From Barthelona sp. PAP020 (lineage: Eukaryota), in NCBI GenBank assembly GCA_040182905.1, contig JARQWU010000041.1, positions 1-53,392 on the forward strand: a DNA stretch of 53,392 nt. Reading direction: 5' to 3'. Shown here piece by piece: positions 30,003 through 40,733 of this stretch. How positions within the stretch are numbered: the first letter of the stretch is position 1; every line of letters begins with the position of its first letter. A program made the translations under genes and the position numbers. The notes beneath the pieces are model-generated. The model was not told where the DNA came from, made no database searches, and was given only the letters and a program-made list of their open reading frames with translations.

Positions 30003-32894
30003 ATGTTAACTCCAAACGGAACGAAATTAAAACAAGAAGAAATTCTCAGAATTTTGGCAAATGAACGAAATGGAATTTATTTAAATACACCACAAGAACT
30101 AAAAACTGAAATTCGTCCGCCAATACCAAGCATTCCAAGGACTTTAACTGCCAGTGCAAGATTGCCGACTTCATATAGAAACAGTGATGATGATGAAAGC
30201 AATAATAAGTTACTAATTAAACCATCTGAACGTATATTATTTGAAAATAGCAATGAAGATTCTCGTATCTTACCGGCTAGTACTTCAAACACAAAATCTA
30301 TTATTGAAAAAAATGATACACTCACCATTAAATCTCCGATGATCAACCATCAAAAAAAAGTACCTAAATATGAAAACAATTTTGTAAAATCCATATCATC
30401 TGCTTTGTCCCCATTTGAAAAATCGCATGAAAGATTAAACAGCACTAAACATGATGATCATGCATCGATCAGACAAAATAGACAAAATGAAGCTAATCCT
30501 TTGGATGTTGAACTAAATGACGATATTAAAGTAGAGGTGGCATCAAATTCTGATGAAGAATCGTCTCATAGTGATTTTCTCACGTCGCAAGATTATGATA
30601 GTGCCAGCGATAGTGAAAGTACACCTGAGAGGGTTCAAATTTCACTTGCATCGCTATTAGAAGATAATAGTGTTAAGGTGACATCCAAAAAGCCACATTG
30701 CAGGGATCAAGCAACTTCACCAATAATTTTCCAAACGAATAGGAAAATGAAAGACAATTTATTTGAAAACAATGATAGGAGGAAGAGAAAGCAAGAGAAA
30801 TCAGATTTGACTAATTCAGGTGCAAAGTCACCTCAGCGAATAACAAAAATTAAAAAATCTGTGGTTGGGAAGAAAACTGATTTGCAAAGTCCGAAAAAGA
30901 ATGAAAATAGACAAAAGATCAAAGAAATCAAAAGAAAACGACAATTACCCAAAAGGTCAATGAATTCCAAAACACTGGAGAGTATCAACCCAAAGAACCC
31001 TAACGAACACAATAGCAAAACCAATGAAACTGGTCTTATTCCGTTTTTATTGACTAAGTCACCGGTAATTGATTTTGGATGTGTTGGGTTTGAGGAATAT
31101 GGAGTTTCTCATTTTACTTTATTGAATAGCAGTGATGAGTTTATAAAGATACAAATGTATTGTAATGATCCACGTATCAACCTTGTAATTGTGTGTATTA
31201 ATGATAAGCCCATGGATTCTGATGTGATGATTTCAGAAATGGTGACAAATATTGCTCCAAATAATGAAGTTACTTTTACTTTTGGGATTTTTTTAAAACC
31301 AGAAGCAAATGTTCATGTTAATGAAGTCTTTAAGACGTATATGCAATATTTTGCGTTGAATAAGCCAAAAGCTATATTTAGGACACCAATAATTTGTCAT
31401 TTTGGTTGTGCTTATCTTGAAATTCCGAAAAAATTAGAGATTGGTCCTTTAGATATTGGTTTTGTTGCCAGTCAATCTTTTGTCATTAGTAATACAAGTG
31501 AATCTACTGCATATGTTCTTTTGAGTGGTTTTGTTGATGATGATTCCCAATCGAATATAGAAATGCAATTTGAGCCTTCTGGCGTATTTACCTTAGCACC
31601 TATGGAATTAATTGAAGTAATTATACATCTTAGTGTTTATGACTATTTTGAAAGTACTGAATTGGGAATCAATGTGACATATGGTGATGAATTTCTAAGA
31701 GAGAGAAGGATGATGAAAATGGAATCAGATAGAAATGAAAAAGTTTACATGGATGTATTTTGCACACAATTAAATCATGAAAAAATTGAGGAAATGAAAG
31801 AGAATGACGTTATTTGTGACTTTGATAATTACCAAATTGAAGAGACATTTATTCAGAACCAAAAGGAGGAACAGATACAAATTTTGTTGAATGTTGAAGG
31901 TTTAATTTCCAAATATAGTACAAATAGAGATACCAGTTTGGAAACTCGAACTCCTAAAATAAAGGATAGAGAAGGAAAACGTCAAATATCAAAAACCAAG
32001 ATAAAACTTAAACCGATGCAATATTGGGGAGATAAATACAAAAAGAAGATTCGTAGAGGCTCTTTCCTTGATGATTCAAGGCATTTCAATTCTTTGAATC
32101 AAATTAGTAAGCCAAACAGAATTGCCAGAATTGAGACTTCTAACAATATGAAAATAAAAACATCATTAATCAATATAGATGCACCAATATTTCAAATTTA
32201 TAAAAAATTTGCAAAAATCTGTTACGTTTCGGTAGGATGTATACTTTTACAAAATATATCAATGCATAGCTTAGAGTTTAATATTCAAGATAAAATCCAT
32301 CAATATAAACAAGAACTAACAAACAATAACAAGTTCGCTGATGATTTGGACTTCATCATCCCAAATAAATGTATCCCAGCAAGAGGTTATCTTGAAATCC
32401 CTTACAGATCTGTTGTCAATTCCAATATTCAAGAAATTACTGTGAAAATTCTTGAATCTCAAAGAAATATCCATAATTGTACCTTCAAAATAAAATCTCC
32501 CAATATTGTCATTGATTTCGACAACTTAAATTCCATCACAGATCAACTTCATTTATCTATGGGAAATTTGAATCATTTCCATGTTAGAAATACTACTATA
32601 AACTTTGGATTCATTGATGTGGGTTCTGAAGTTAAAAAAATTTTAAAATTGTACAATGGGAGTTCCCAAAACATGTTTGTTTATTGTGCTCAAATTGGTA
32701 GACAATTTATTACCTTTAATAATCGTTTCACCATTGAACCAAATGGTTTTGTTGAATTTCCAATCATTTTTAAACCTTCAATAGCTTGTGATAAAGATGT
32801 TATCTATTGTTACAATTATTCTTTTGTTGCAAGAAATAAATCCGAAACAAGAATTGTTACTGTTGCTTTAATAGGTTGTGGTTTGACAAAATAA
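30003..32894 (+). CDS. ASH/PapD-like Ig-domain protein, CEP192/Spd-2-like
   Basis: Disordered N-terminus followed by several ASH-type domains (IDFGCV...LLNSS, INFGFIDVG...LYNGS...IEPNG...IFKP). YGDE.LR resembles the Spd-2 domain. Confidence 0.6.
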   Translation: MLTPNGTKLKQEEILRILANERNGIYLNTPQELKTEIRPPIPSIPRTLTASARLPTSYRNSDDDESNNKLLIKPSERILFENSNEDSRILPASTSNTKSIIEKNDTLTIKSPMINHQKKVPKYENNFVKSISSALSPFEKSHERLNSTKHDDHASIRQNRQNEANPLDVELNDDIKVEVASNSDEESSHSDFLTSQDYDSASDSESTPERVQISLASLLEDNSVKVTSKKPHCRDQATSPIIFQTNRKMKDNLFENNDRRKRKQEKSDLTNSGAKSPQRITKIKKSVVGKKTDLQSPKKNENRQKIKEIKRKRQLPKRSMNSKTLESINPKNPNEHNSKTNETGLIPFLLTKSPVIDFGCVGFEEYGVSHFTLLNSSDEFIKIQMYCNDPRINLVIVCINDKPMDSDVMISEMVTNIAPNNEVTFTFGIFLKPEANVHVNEVFKTYMQYFALNKPKAIFRTPIICHFGCAYLEIPKKLEIGPLDIGFVASQSFVISNTSESTAYVLLSGFVDDDSQSNIEMQFEPSGVFTLAPMELIEVIIHLSVYDYFESTELGINVTYGDEFLRERRMMKMESDRNEKVYMDVFCTQLNHEKIEEMKENDVICDFDNYQIEETFIQNQKEEQIQILLNVEGLISKYSTNRDTSLETRTPKIKDREGKRQISKTKIKLKPMQYWGDKYKKKIRRGSFLDDSRHFNSLNQISKPNRIARIETSNNMKIKTSLINIDAPIFQIYKKFAKICYVSVGCILLQNISMHSLEFNIQDKIHQYKQELTNNNKFADDLDFIIPNKCIPARGYLEIPYRSVVNSNIQEITVKILESQRNIHNCTFKIKSPNIVIDFDNLNSITDQLHLSMGNLNHFHVRNTTINFGFIDVGSEVKKILKLYNGSSQNMFVYCAQIGRQFITFNNRFTIEPNGFVEFPIIFKPSIACDKDVIYCYNYSFVARNKSETRIVTVALIGCGLTK

Positions 32895-33177
32895 GATGCA
32901 AATTGAGAAAAAAAAATTGTAAAAAATCATGCAGGCAAAAAATCCAGCAGTAAAGTATTTATTTTTTTTTTTGTTTTTTCAGTCATAAAAAGGGAGCAAA
33001 TGGATTTCTTTCATTCTGACAGATATATCCAAAGTCCAACACAACCATCAATCTTTTTGATTGATTGCTGGCACTTGAAATGAAAAAATGAGTGCAAAAA
33101 ATAAATTGAATTTTATCTAACCTCCAACTAAACAAAGAAAATGTTAGGATGGCAAAATGGTGCTTGACAGTCTAAAT

Positions 33178-35571
33178 TTATTGTAAAAAACACTTCGAAC
33201 TATATTCAATTGGCTCATGTTCAATTGGTAAATGCTCAATTGGCACTTGTTCAATCGGTTGATTTTCACCTAATTGAACATACTCTTGAATTCGAGCTCC
33301 AAAAGAGGAATTAAAAACACCACTGCACAATAAACGAGTTCCATCATGATTGAGGGACATAGAGTGAATCTTAAAGGGTACATTCACTCTCTGCAGTACT
33401 TGTCCAGTTTCTCTTCGAACCACAGCAAACGATCCATCATCAGAACCAGAATAAATCAATGAACTATCCTTGGAGAAGATGATGGAGTAAATCCACCTAT
33501 CATGAACCTTGTACTTTCCCAACAACTCTCGAGATTCAACATCAAATATCCTGATTGTACCGCTTACATCACCTGTAACCCAATAACGACCATTGGGTGA
33601 GAAATTGCCTGCTTTAACACATTTTTTTTCATTTCCAAATCTATAGAGCTGTTTAAATGCTTTTAATGAAAAAGCCTTTGTCCAACCATCATCACCAGCG
33701 GAATAAAAATATTTCATGTCTGGGCTAATTCGAACAGTCCAAACGTAACCAATAGATTTATGAGCTTGAAATTCATACAACTTCTGCCCTTCGACTGTGT
33801 ATAAGGCGACAAAACCATTCCGCATACCAATTGAAATTAATTCACCATCGGCTGAAAACCACACACAACTTACAATCTCAGCCATATCATCAATTACTCT
33901 TACTGTTCTCCAAGTATCAACTTCAATGATATGAACTGCTGGACCAATACCACCAACAACCAACAATTTGGAGTCAGGACTAAAATTGAGACCATTTGCC
34001 TTCACATACTGCCCTTCATGAACAATCTTATGTGTTTTAGCGTCGTAGACTCTAAGTAATCCACTGCAATATCCTGCAACCGCAAAAAAGCATCCATCAG
34101 TGCTATAATCAAGAACATTAACCTTCGTGTCAGCAAAAAACTCACTAAAAAGAGGGTTCTCTTCAAAATTTTCGACAGCATGAACATATTGATTTTTATT
34201 GTCAGTGAGCCGTTTTCTTTCATTGTTGTTTTCAAATTCATTCAGTATGTTTGATTTTTTTTCTTTTTCAGCTTGTTTAACGCTATCACAATCTCGAAAA
34301 TCGCTCAGATATTGGATCAATCCTTCTTTTTCACTCATCCATTTCTCCTCCTTTTCTTTGAGTTCCAAAATTTGATTTGCCAATGTATCTTTTTCATTCA
34401 CCAAAATTTTTTCGGTTTTTTTCATACCATCAACATATAGAGCTAATTCTGAGCTTTTCTTCATCCATTCATCCTTTTCTTTGCTTAATTGTTGTTTTTC
34501 ATTCAGCCATAATTCCTTTTCTTTTTTCAATTCTTGATTTTCATTGGTTAATTCTCGAACGGTTTCTTCAAGTCCTTTTTTCTCCAAAAGCAAACTGTTT
34601 TTTTCCTCTTCCAAAGTGGCAACTCTCTTCACCAACCTCTTCTCTTCGAATCCCAACCCCTCAAAACGCTCAATCAGCATCTGTAAATACTCAGTAATCT
34701 CACTGAACGTAGGTCTTTTAGCAGCCTCGACAACTAAACACCTCTTGATGATTCCAAACCCAGGTATTGTATCCAACAATTCCTTGTCATACGGAATTTG
34801 ACCCTTGATCAATTTTGCTACTACTTTCAACTCACTCAACCCTTCAAATGGAACAAAACCAGACACCACCTGAGCTAACATAACACCAAATGACCAGGCA
34901 TCAATAGCTGACCCTATTATGTTCTCCTCTTCATTGGCCAACTCAGGAGCAGCATATCTCGCAGCACCCATCATTGAATTAGCTGAACTCCTGCTTGTAT
35001 CACGAACAAGCCCAAAATCAGCAATTGCAGGCGTATAAGTTCCATCTATACCACGTCTCAACAACACGTTATTCGGTTTAAGATCCCTGTGTATAACACC
35101 TTTCCCATGGCAAAACTCAAGCGCAGATGAAACCTGCATCATAATCACCAACTTCTCTTTCAAAGACAACTCTGGTATCATATCTTCAAGAACAAAATCA
35201 CAATATTCCATAACAACAGCCTTTTTGTCGTCAATCGCGGTCACTCCAAAGACTTGTCGAATAAAAGGGTGGTTTAAAACCATGGGAAAACATTCTCTGG
35301 TAAGTACATCATCAGCAATTTTTTCAATAAAAGCTTTGATAACCACCTTTTTTTCATCTCTTTTGGCAAGATGTAAAATTCCATATCCACCCATTTTAAA
35401 GTCACTTTGAATAATTTCAAACTCACTTCCAGGTATATTAGCACTAAATTTAACAAATGTTTCCAATTTTTCAAAAGCATCTTCGTCGAGTTCTTCGACA
35501 ATTTTTTTGCATTTCTTTGCACTTTGCTGTTCTAAATCTCTTGATCCTTGTAATTCTTGAAACGTAAACAT
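33178..35571 (-). CDS. Protein kinase - coiled coil - WD40 repeat protein with C-terminal CaaX
   Basis: VIK, HRDLKPNN, DFG, APE and DAWSFG kinase motifs, a central coiled coil, ~7 WD40 repeats, and the terminus CFLQ*. Confidence 0.92.
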   Translation of the reverse strand: MFTFQELQGSRDLEQQSAKKCKKIVEELDEDAFEKLETFVKFSANIPGSEFEIIQSDFKMGGYGILHLAKRDEKKVVIKAFIEKIADDVLTRECFPMVLNHPFIRQVFGVTAIDDKKAVVMEYCDFVLEDMIPELSLKEKLVIMMQVSSALEFCHGKGVIHRDLKPNNVLLRRGIDGTYTPAIADFGLVRDTSRSSANSMMGAARYAAPELANEEENIIGSAIDAWSFGVMLAQVVSGFVPFEGLSELKVVAKLIKGQIPYDKELLDTIPGFGIIKRCLVVEAAKRPTFSEITEYLQMLIERFEGLGFEEKRLVKRVATLEEEKNSLLLEKKGLEETVRELTNENQELKKEKELWLNEKQQLSKEKDEWMKKSSELALYVDGMKKTEKILVNEKDTLANQILELKEKEEKWMSEKEGLIQYLSDFRDCDSVKQAEKEKKSNILNEFENNNERKRLTDNKNQYVHAVENFEENPLFSEFFADTKVNVLDYSTDGCFFAVAGYCSGLLRVYDAKTHKIVHEGQYVKANGLNFSPDSKLLVVGGIGPAVHIIEVDTWRTVRVIDDMAEIVSCVWFSADGELISIGMRNGFVALYTVEGQKLYEFQAHKSIGYVWTVRISPDMKYFYSAGDDGWTKAFSLKAFKQLYRFGNEKKCVKAGNFSPNGRYWVTGDVSGTIRIFDVESRELLGKYKVHDRWIYSIIFSKDSSLIYSGSDDGSFAVVRRETGQVLQRVNVPFKIHSMSLNHDGTRLLCSGVFNSSFGARIQEYVQLGENQPIEQVPIEHLPIEHEPIEYSSKCFLQ

Positions 35572-35987
35572 ATGTAAATACAATTCTGAAAAAAAAATAA
35601 ATAAACAAAAATCAGAACAAAATCAAATCTTTGCTTTCTTTTCATTTTTAGTCACCTTTAAAAAGATTCATAAATGGCTAAATTCAAAAAATCAATCAAT
35701 GTTAATTTATGATTTGTCTTGAAGAATCTATTTTAAAGAATGATTTTTTTTGATTTGCAGTTAACAGAAAGAACATTGAAAAATTGTTGAATTTATTGAA
35801 TCAATAAAACTGTTTAAGATATTGTTAATACTTCACCATCAAAACAAAAGTTCAATCGAATGATATTATAGTCTTCATAATTTTCAGCATAGTGTATTCA
35901 TAAGTTTGACAAAAAGACTCAAGTTATGTTACTTTAATAAGCCTGCTCACCTCTTCAATGAATAAGCAGATACAAAAATTTTGTTTC

Positions 35988-36027
35988 ATCAATCTAGAAC
36001 TATCTATCCAAATAGTTCTAGATTGAT
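35988..36027. repeat. Perfect 16-bp inverted repeat with 8-nt spacer
   Basis: ATCAATCTAGAACTAT-ctatccaa-ATAGTTCTAGATTGAT. Confidence 0.9.
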
Positions 36028-36145
36028 CAAGTATATGAATATCAGAACAAATGTGACTCAACAACTGTTTCAATGACAAAAATTAGCTGAAGAAAGAATT
36101 GTCATTCGTTTTTTGTGCAAAAAAAAAGCAAAAAACACTTCCTGT

Positions 36146-37720
36146 TTATCTTCTTCTCAACTCTTTTGCATCTCTAATCTTCTCTTTCAACTCTAAATTC
36201 TTCTTTTCTGCCTTATACCATCGAATATATTCAGTTCTACATAATTTAAAGGCTTCAACAGTTTTTTGTGTGTAAATCCCTAATAACTCCGGAGACACTT
36301 CATATTGTCTTAAATGTGGTGCATATGTGGAATCTTGGGTATGTTTGTGTAATTGTTTGGACAAAACAGTCACTGTCATTTTTGGAGAACGTTTTAATGG
36401 TGCAACTTCCATTGTTGTTGGTGGTCTAAATCTATGAGCAATACGAGGAGTCATAACACGAGAATCCATTGGTTCGCACATGAAATCAGCGAATCTTCTT
36501 TGATCCTTAGCAAGATTTCTACCACCTTCTACAATAAAACTGTGACCCAAGCGTTCTTTCTGTGCAGTTTCCTTCATATTCTTGTGGGTCATAATCATAT
36601 CGTTTTCCTTTTCAATTTCACGTTTGATCGACAGTAAATACGTGTTTATTTGAGAAATATTGTTAGAGGGGTACTGCAAATCCATGTCAAAGTTCCTATT
36701 GACATTATTTTTGAAGCTAGAAATAATTTCAATATTAGAATCTGTGGGTGTTGAATTTTGAGTTGTTTCAACGAAAGTTGGCATCAAAACAGATGATGAC
36801 TCCTCTTCTTTTACTTCATCCAATACCTCCAATTCTTGTGTTGTTTTTTCTTCATTGCTAAGTCTTTCTTTCCATATTTTTTCGGCAAATATACGCCGTG
36901 TCTTTTCTAAATTAAAGTCAATATCATATCTCAGGAATGGGTGAGATTTAAGCAAATCATTTGGTGGTACAGAGCTTGCTTTTGTCTTGTCCCCATCAAC
37001 TTCTATCAATCTTCGACAAACTTTGTAAAATCGTTTCTCTAATTCTAGAACATCCATCTTTTTTGGAAATTTATCAACAATAGTGCTCCAATCCAAATCA
37101 TATTGTTGACATAAGTGAAACAAAAGTCTGGTGTCATTCAACGTCCAACCTGATTCTCCCAACGTTTCATTCATGGAATCTTCAATCTTGGGTAAATTCA
37201 AATGCACATTGTACAAAAGCGAATCTGTTTCTAGAACAGGAGTAATATCTCTCTCATTGATTTCACCTTTCCAATATTTATCAAAGCTTTCTTGCGTTAA
37301 TTTCGGTAATTTATCGTAACGTATCCACTTATATAACAATAAACCATCATTTCTTTCGTTTTGAACAAAAGGAGCATAAACCCACTTTTTCTTCTTCATA
37401 AAACCTTCTTCATCTTTTCTAATTTTATCATTATGCTCGATAAATATGTTAATTAATGAATATTTCTTTTGCTTAATAACATATTTGTATATTTGATTCG
37501 TTATCAATGAATTTTTCAAAAATAATTCAACACTTTCAACAAATTCATTATCAATTAAAAATAATATTAACTCTTTCGAATTAATTTGATCAAATTTCTT
37601 TTCAATTATTGACGGTTCTATTATACTTTTTAAGGTACTGTCATCAATGGTTTGATTGACATTAAAGGTTACATTTAAACTTTTTTCAAGTATAACCTTA
37701 CTCTTTTCGTTAATAATCAT
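36146..37720 (-). CDS. DMAP1: DMAP1/Swc4/Eaf2 (NuA4/SWR1 subunit); homologous part starts at ATG 37399
   Basis: KWVYAPFVQNERNDGLLLYKW and the SANT segment WTLNDTRLLFHLCQQYDLDW...LEKRFYKV. Confidence 0.8.
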   Translation of the reverse strand: MIINEKSKVILEKSLNVTFNVNQTIDDSTLKSIIEPSIIEKKFDQINSKELILFLIDNEFVESVELFLKNSLITNQIYKYVIKQKKYSLINIFIEHNDKIRKDEEGFMKKKKWVYAPFVQNERNDGLLLYKWIRYDKLPKLTQESFDKYWKGEINERDITPVLETDSLLYNVHLNLPKIEDSMNETLGESGWTLNDTRLLFHLCQQYDLDWSTIVDKFPKKMDVLELEKRFYKVCRRLIEVDGDKTKASSVPPNDLLKSHPFLRYDIDFNLEKTRRIFAEKIWKERLSNEEKTTQELEVLDEVKEEESSSVLMPTFVETTQNSTPTDSNIEIISSFKNNVNRNFDMDLQYPSNNISQINTYLLSIKREIEKENDMIMTHKNMKETAQKERLGHSFIVEGGRNLAKDQRRFADFMCEPMDSRVMTPRIAHRFRPPTTMEVAPLKRSPKMTVTVLSKQLHKHTQDSTYAPHLRQYEVSPELLGIYTQKTVEAFKLCRTEYIRWYKAEKKNLELKEKIRDAKELRRR

Positions 37721-37958
37721 CCCAAAAACAATAAACAATTTTCTGTTTCAAATATTTATTTCATTTCCATTCATTATTGCTTTTTATTGCAATCAATTCT
37801 TTCAAACATAAGATGCAGTTTACAAACAAGTAATTGAATTAAAAAATTCGTTGAAAAAAATTGAACTTTCCATTTCAATTTGTTGAACAATGTACCAAAA
37901 ATATTCAAAAAAAAGCTTTTTTTTTACAACAAAATAAATAAATGGAGCACAAAACTCC

Positions 37959-38459
37959 CTATTTTTTGCGGTAAGGGGTTTTTGTAGGTTTGAATTTTTT
38001 CTTCTTTATTGGAGCAGTTGTTTTTCTTTTTCTTGACACTTTTATAGTTTTTCCTTGAAATTGAGTTTGATTTAACTCAGATATGGCTGCTGCAACTGAG
38101 TCAATGGCTTCAAATTCAATATACGCAAAGAATTTAAAAGAATTTACAGTTATTCTTTCAATATTACCAAATTTTGAACAAAGTAAATTAATATCCTCTT
38201 CACTGACCCCTTGCATTAAATTAGTAATAACAATTGTTCTTCTATCAGAACTATCAATTTCCTCTGCAGTTTTATAAGAAGCATGCTTTTTTTTCTGTAA
38301 TTCTCTAAATTTATATATTTGAGGCACTAATTGTTGACGTATAATCTGTGAAACTTCTTCAATCAATTCATCATCAGTAATTTGAGGTATCAACTCATGC
38401 TGTTCGTTGTTTTCTGCGTCTATGTTGTTTAATGAGTCTTCATCATACGGAGTTGTCAT
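37959..38459 (-). CDS. RRM protein, nuclear poly(A)-binding protein (PABPN1/Pab2)-like
   Basis: EEIDSSDRRTIVITNL, RNP1 FAYIEF and IKVSRKRKT, preceded by a coiled segment. Confidence 0.65.
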   Translation of the reverse strand: MTTPYDEDSLNNIDAENNEQHELIPQITDDELIEEVSQIIRQQLVPQIYKFRELQKKKHASYKTAEEIDSSDRRTIVITNLMQGVSEEDINLLCSKFGNIERITVNSFKFFAYIEFEAIDSVAAAISELNQTQFQGKTIKVSRKRKTTAPIKKKKFKPTKTPYRKK

Positions 38460-38505
38460 TGTTTCAAGAATAAAAAAATGATATTTCTCCATTAACTTTT
38501 TTTTG

Positions 38506-38903
38506 ATGAATAATTTACAGATCGTATGAATATCTGATAGTAATTTCTAACACAATAGGATGTGGATTCTAATGATTCCACTTGTGCAACGTTTACCTTT
38601 GTTGATGAAGATCATACCTTGGGAAACACTTTGAGATATATTTTAATGGCAAAGTTTTTTTACTGTTTCATATACATTCTAATATTTAGTCCAAAAGTTG
38701 AATTTTGTGGTTATTCCATCCCACATCCACTTGAAAATATAATGAAATTACGTTTACAAACATATGAAGACGATGCGATTGAAGTGTTGATGGAAGCTGC
38801 TGACACCATTGTGGATGTTTGCAACGTTGTTGAAGAAAAATTTATTAATGAAGTTGGAGATGAATTAGTTGAATCCGGTCCCGTTTATGAACAATTTTTG
38901 TAA
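38506..38903 (+). CDS. POLR1D: RNA polymerase I/III subunit AC19 (RPAC2); introns 38524-38558 and 38654-38689
   Basis: Spliced product MNNLQI|DVDSNDSTCATFTFVDEDHTLGNTLRYILMAN|PKVEFCGYSIPHPLE matches the RPC19 signature. Confidence 0.92.
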
Positions 38904-38993
38904 ATTATTTTTGTGATAGTTGCATATAAAAATAAATATTTAGTCTTGGATTTCGTTTTTTTTTGATTGCTGATTGTTTTTTTTTCAATAAGA

Positions 38994-40385
38994 ATGAATT
39001 TAGATGATGATGATTTATTTAGTGATAATGATTTGAATGAATTTGAAAACACTCAATTCGAGTTTTCTTTAACTGGAGCTGATCCTTTTGAAATGCCAAC
39101 TAATGAGTCTAGAGGAGATGTAAGAAAGAAATTATTGAGTGAAATGACAAAGCAAGATTGGAGGAAATTTAGAGATGAGTTGAAAATTTTTATAACTGGG
39201 ATCAAAGTTCCTTATCCCATTAGAAATTGGGAAGATCAGGAATTTCCAAGTTTTATATGTAAATATTTGGAAAATAAAGGTTTAGTTCAACCAACTCCTG
39301 TACAATCACAAGCCATTCCTTCTATGCTGTTAAATCGGGATGTAATAGCCATATCTGAAACTGGTGGAGGTAAGACCTTAAGTTTTGGGTTGCCCATATT
39401 GACAAAAATTTATCAAGAATTGTTGAATGGTTATTCGCCGATCATTTCTGGGCCGCTAGCAATAATAGTTGTCCCTACTAGGGAACTGGTACTTCAAATT
39501 GCTGATGTTCTTCAAGAAATTAACAACAATATTAAGATTGCCTGCTTTTTTGGTGGACAAACAATTACAAGACAAGTGAAAAGAGATGCATCTATTATTG
39601 TTTCTACCACCGGTAGATTAGTAGACCTTTTGAAATTATCCTTATTGAGCTTCGCAAATGTTAAATATTTTGTCCTTGATGAGTGCGATAAACTTGTAGT
39701 GGAAAATTTTTTTGAGGATATCAACTTCATTTTGAGTGGTTTTCCGGACCATCATGTCACAACTAGTCTATTTAGTGCTACATTACCCAAATCTCTAATA
39801 AAAGTAACGGAAAAATTGTTGAAAAATCCTGTGCGTATCACTATTGGTAATAAAATGAATACAGCTGAAACTATTGAAGAAAGAGTCAAATTTTTGAGTT
39901 TTTCTAAAAAAGATATGGAATTGGTTGAATGTTTGGATGAAGTTGAACTTCCAGCAATAATTTTTGCGAGAACAAAGACCAATGTTGATAGGTTGGCAAA
40001 AATGTTAAGGAAACACAAGAACGATTTGATGACATTGCCTTTGCATGGTTCAAAAGACCAAAAAATTAGAGCTGAAGTTATTAGAAAGATGAGAAACCGT
40101 CAAATTGATGTTTTGGTAGCGACATCATTAGCTAGTCGGGGATTGGACATCGAAGATGTGGCTACTGTTATCAATTATGATGTTCCAAGCTCTTTTGCCA
40201 ATTATATTCATCAAATAGGTCGTACAGGTAGGGCTGGTAGATATGGGCTTTCAATAACGTTTATGACCAAAGAAGATTGTGAATCAAATGATGAATTATT
40301 AGCCCATTTTCGGAAAAAAAACATTGAAATTCCTTTTGAAATGCAAGAATATGCAGAAGAAAATGATGAATATATAAATTATTGA
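38994..40385 (+). CDS. DDX23: DEAD-box helicase Prp28/DDX23
   Basis: EMTKQDWRKFRD...PIRNW (Prp28-type), SETGGGKT, PTREL, DECD, SAT and HQIGRTGRAG. Confidence 0.8.
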   Translation: MNLDDDDLFSDNDLNEFENTQFEFSLTGADPFEMPTNESRGDVRKKLLSEMTKQDWRKFRDELKIFITGIKVPYPIRNWEDQEFPSFICKYLENKGLVQPTPVQSQAIPSMLLNRDVIAISETGGGKTLSFGLPILTKIYQELLNGYSPIISGPLAIIVVPTRELVLQIADVLQEINNNIKIACFFGGQTITRQVKRDASIIVSTTGRLVDLLKLSLLSFANVKYFVLDECDKLVVENFFEDINFILSGFPDHHVTTSLFSATLPKSLIKVTEKLLKNPVRITIGNKMNTAETIEERVKFLSFSKKDMELVECLDEVELPAIIFARTKTNVDRLAKMLRKHKNDLMTLPLHGSKDQKIRAEVIRKMRNRQIDVLVATSLASRGLDIEDVATVINYDVPSSFANYIHQIGRTGRAGRYGLSITFMTKEDCESNDELLAHFRKKNIEIPFEMQEYAEENDEYINY

Positions 40386-40733
40386 TGTTTTTCAATTCTT
40401 TTATTTTTATGATTCTTCATTCTTTTAATAATAATAGAAAACTGAAATAATGTTTAAAAAACAGAAAAGAAAGAAAAGATTGAATTGCTTTTTGAAGAAA
40501 GAAGATTCTTTGCTTTTGCAATGTTAATTTTCTGATAAACAAAACAAATATGGTAATAAATTAATTCTTAATAGGATTTACAGAGCTTTTCTTCCATAAA
40601 GAAAGAGGATATTTTTTTAATTTTTTTTTTCTTTTATTTATATTTGAATTGGATTTAACCAACTCGATTTTGCTATTCATTAATTATTTTTTAATTTTTT
40701 TTTGTACGAATATATTTATTAAGAATTTAATTT

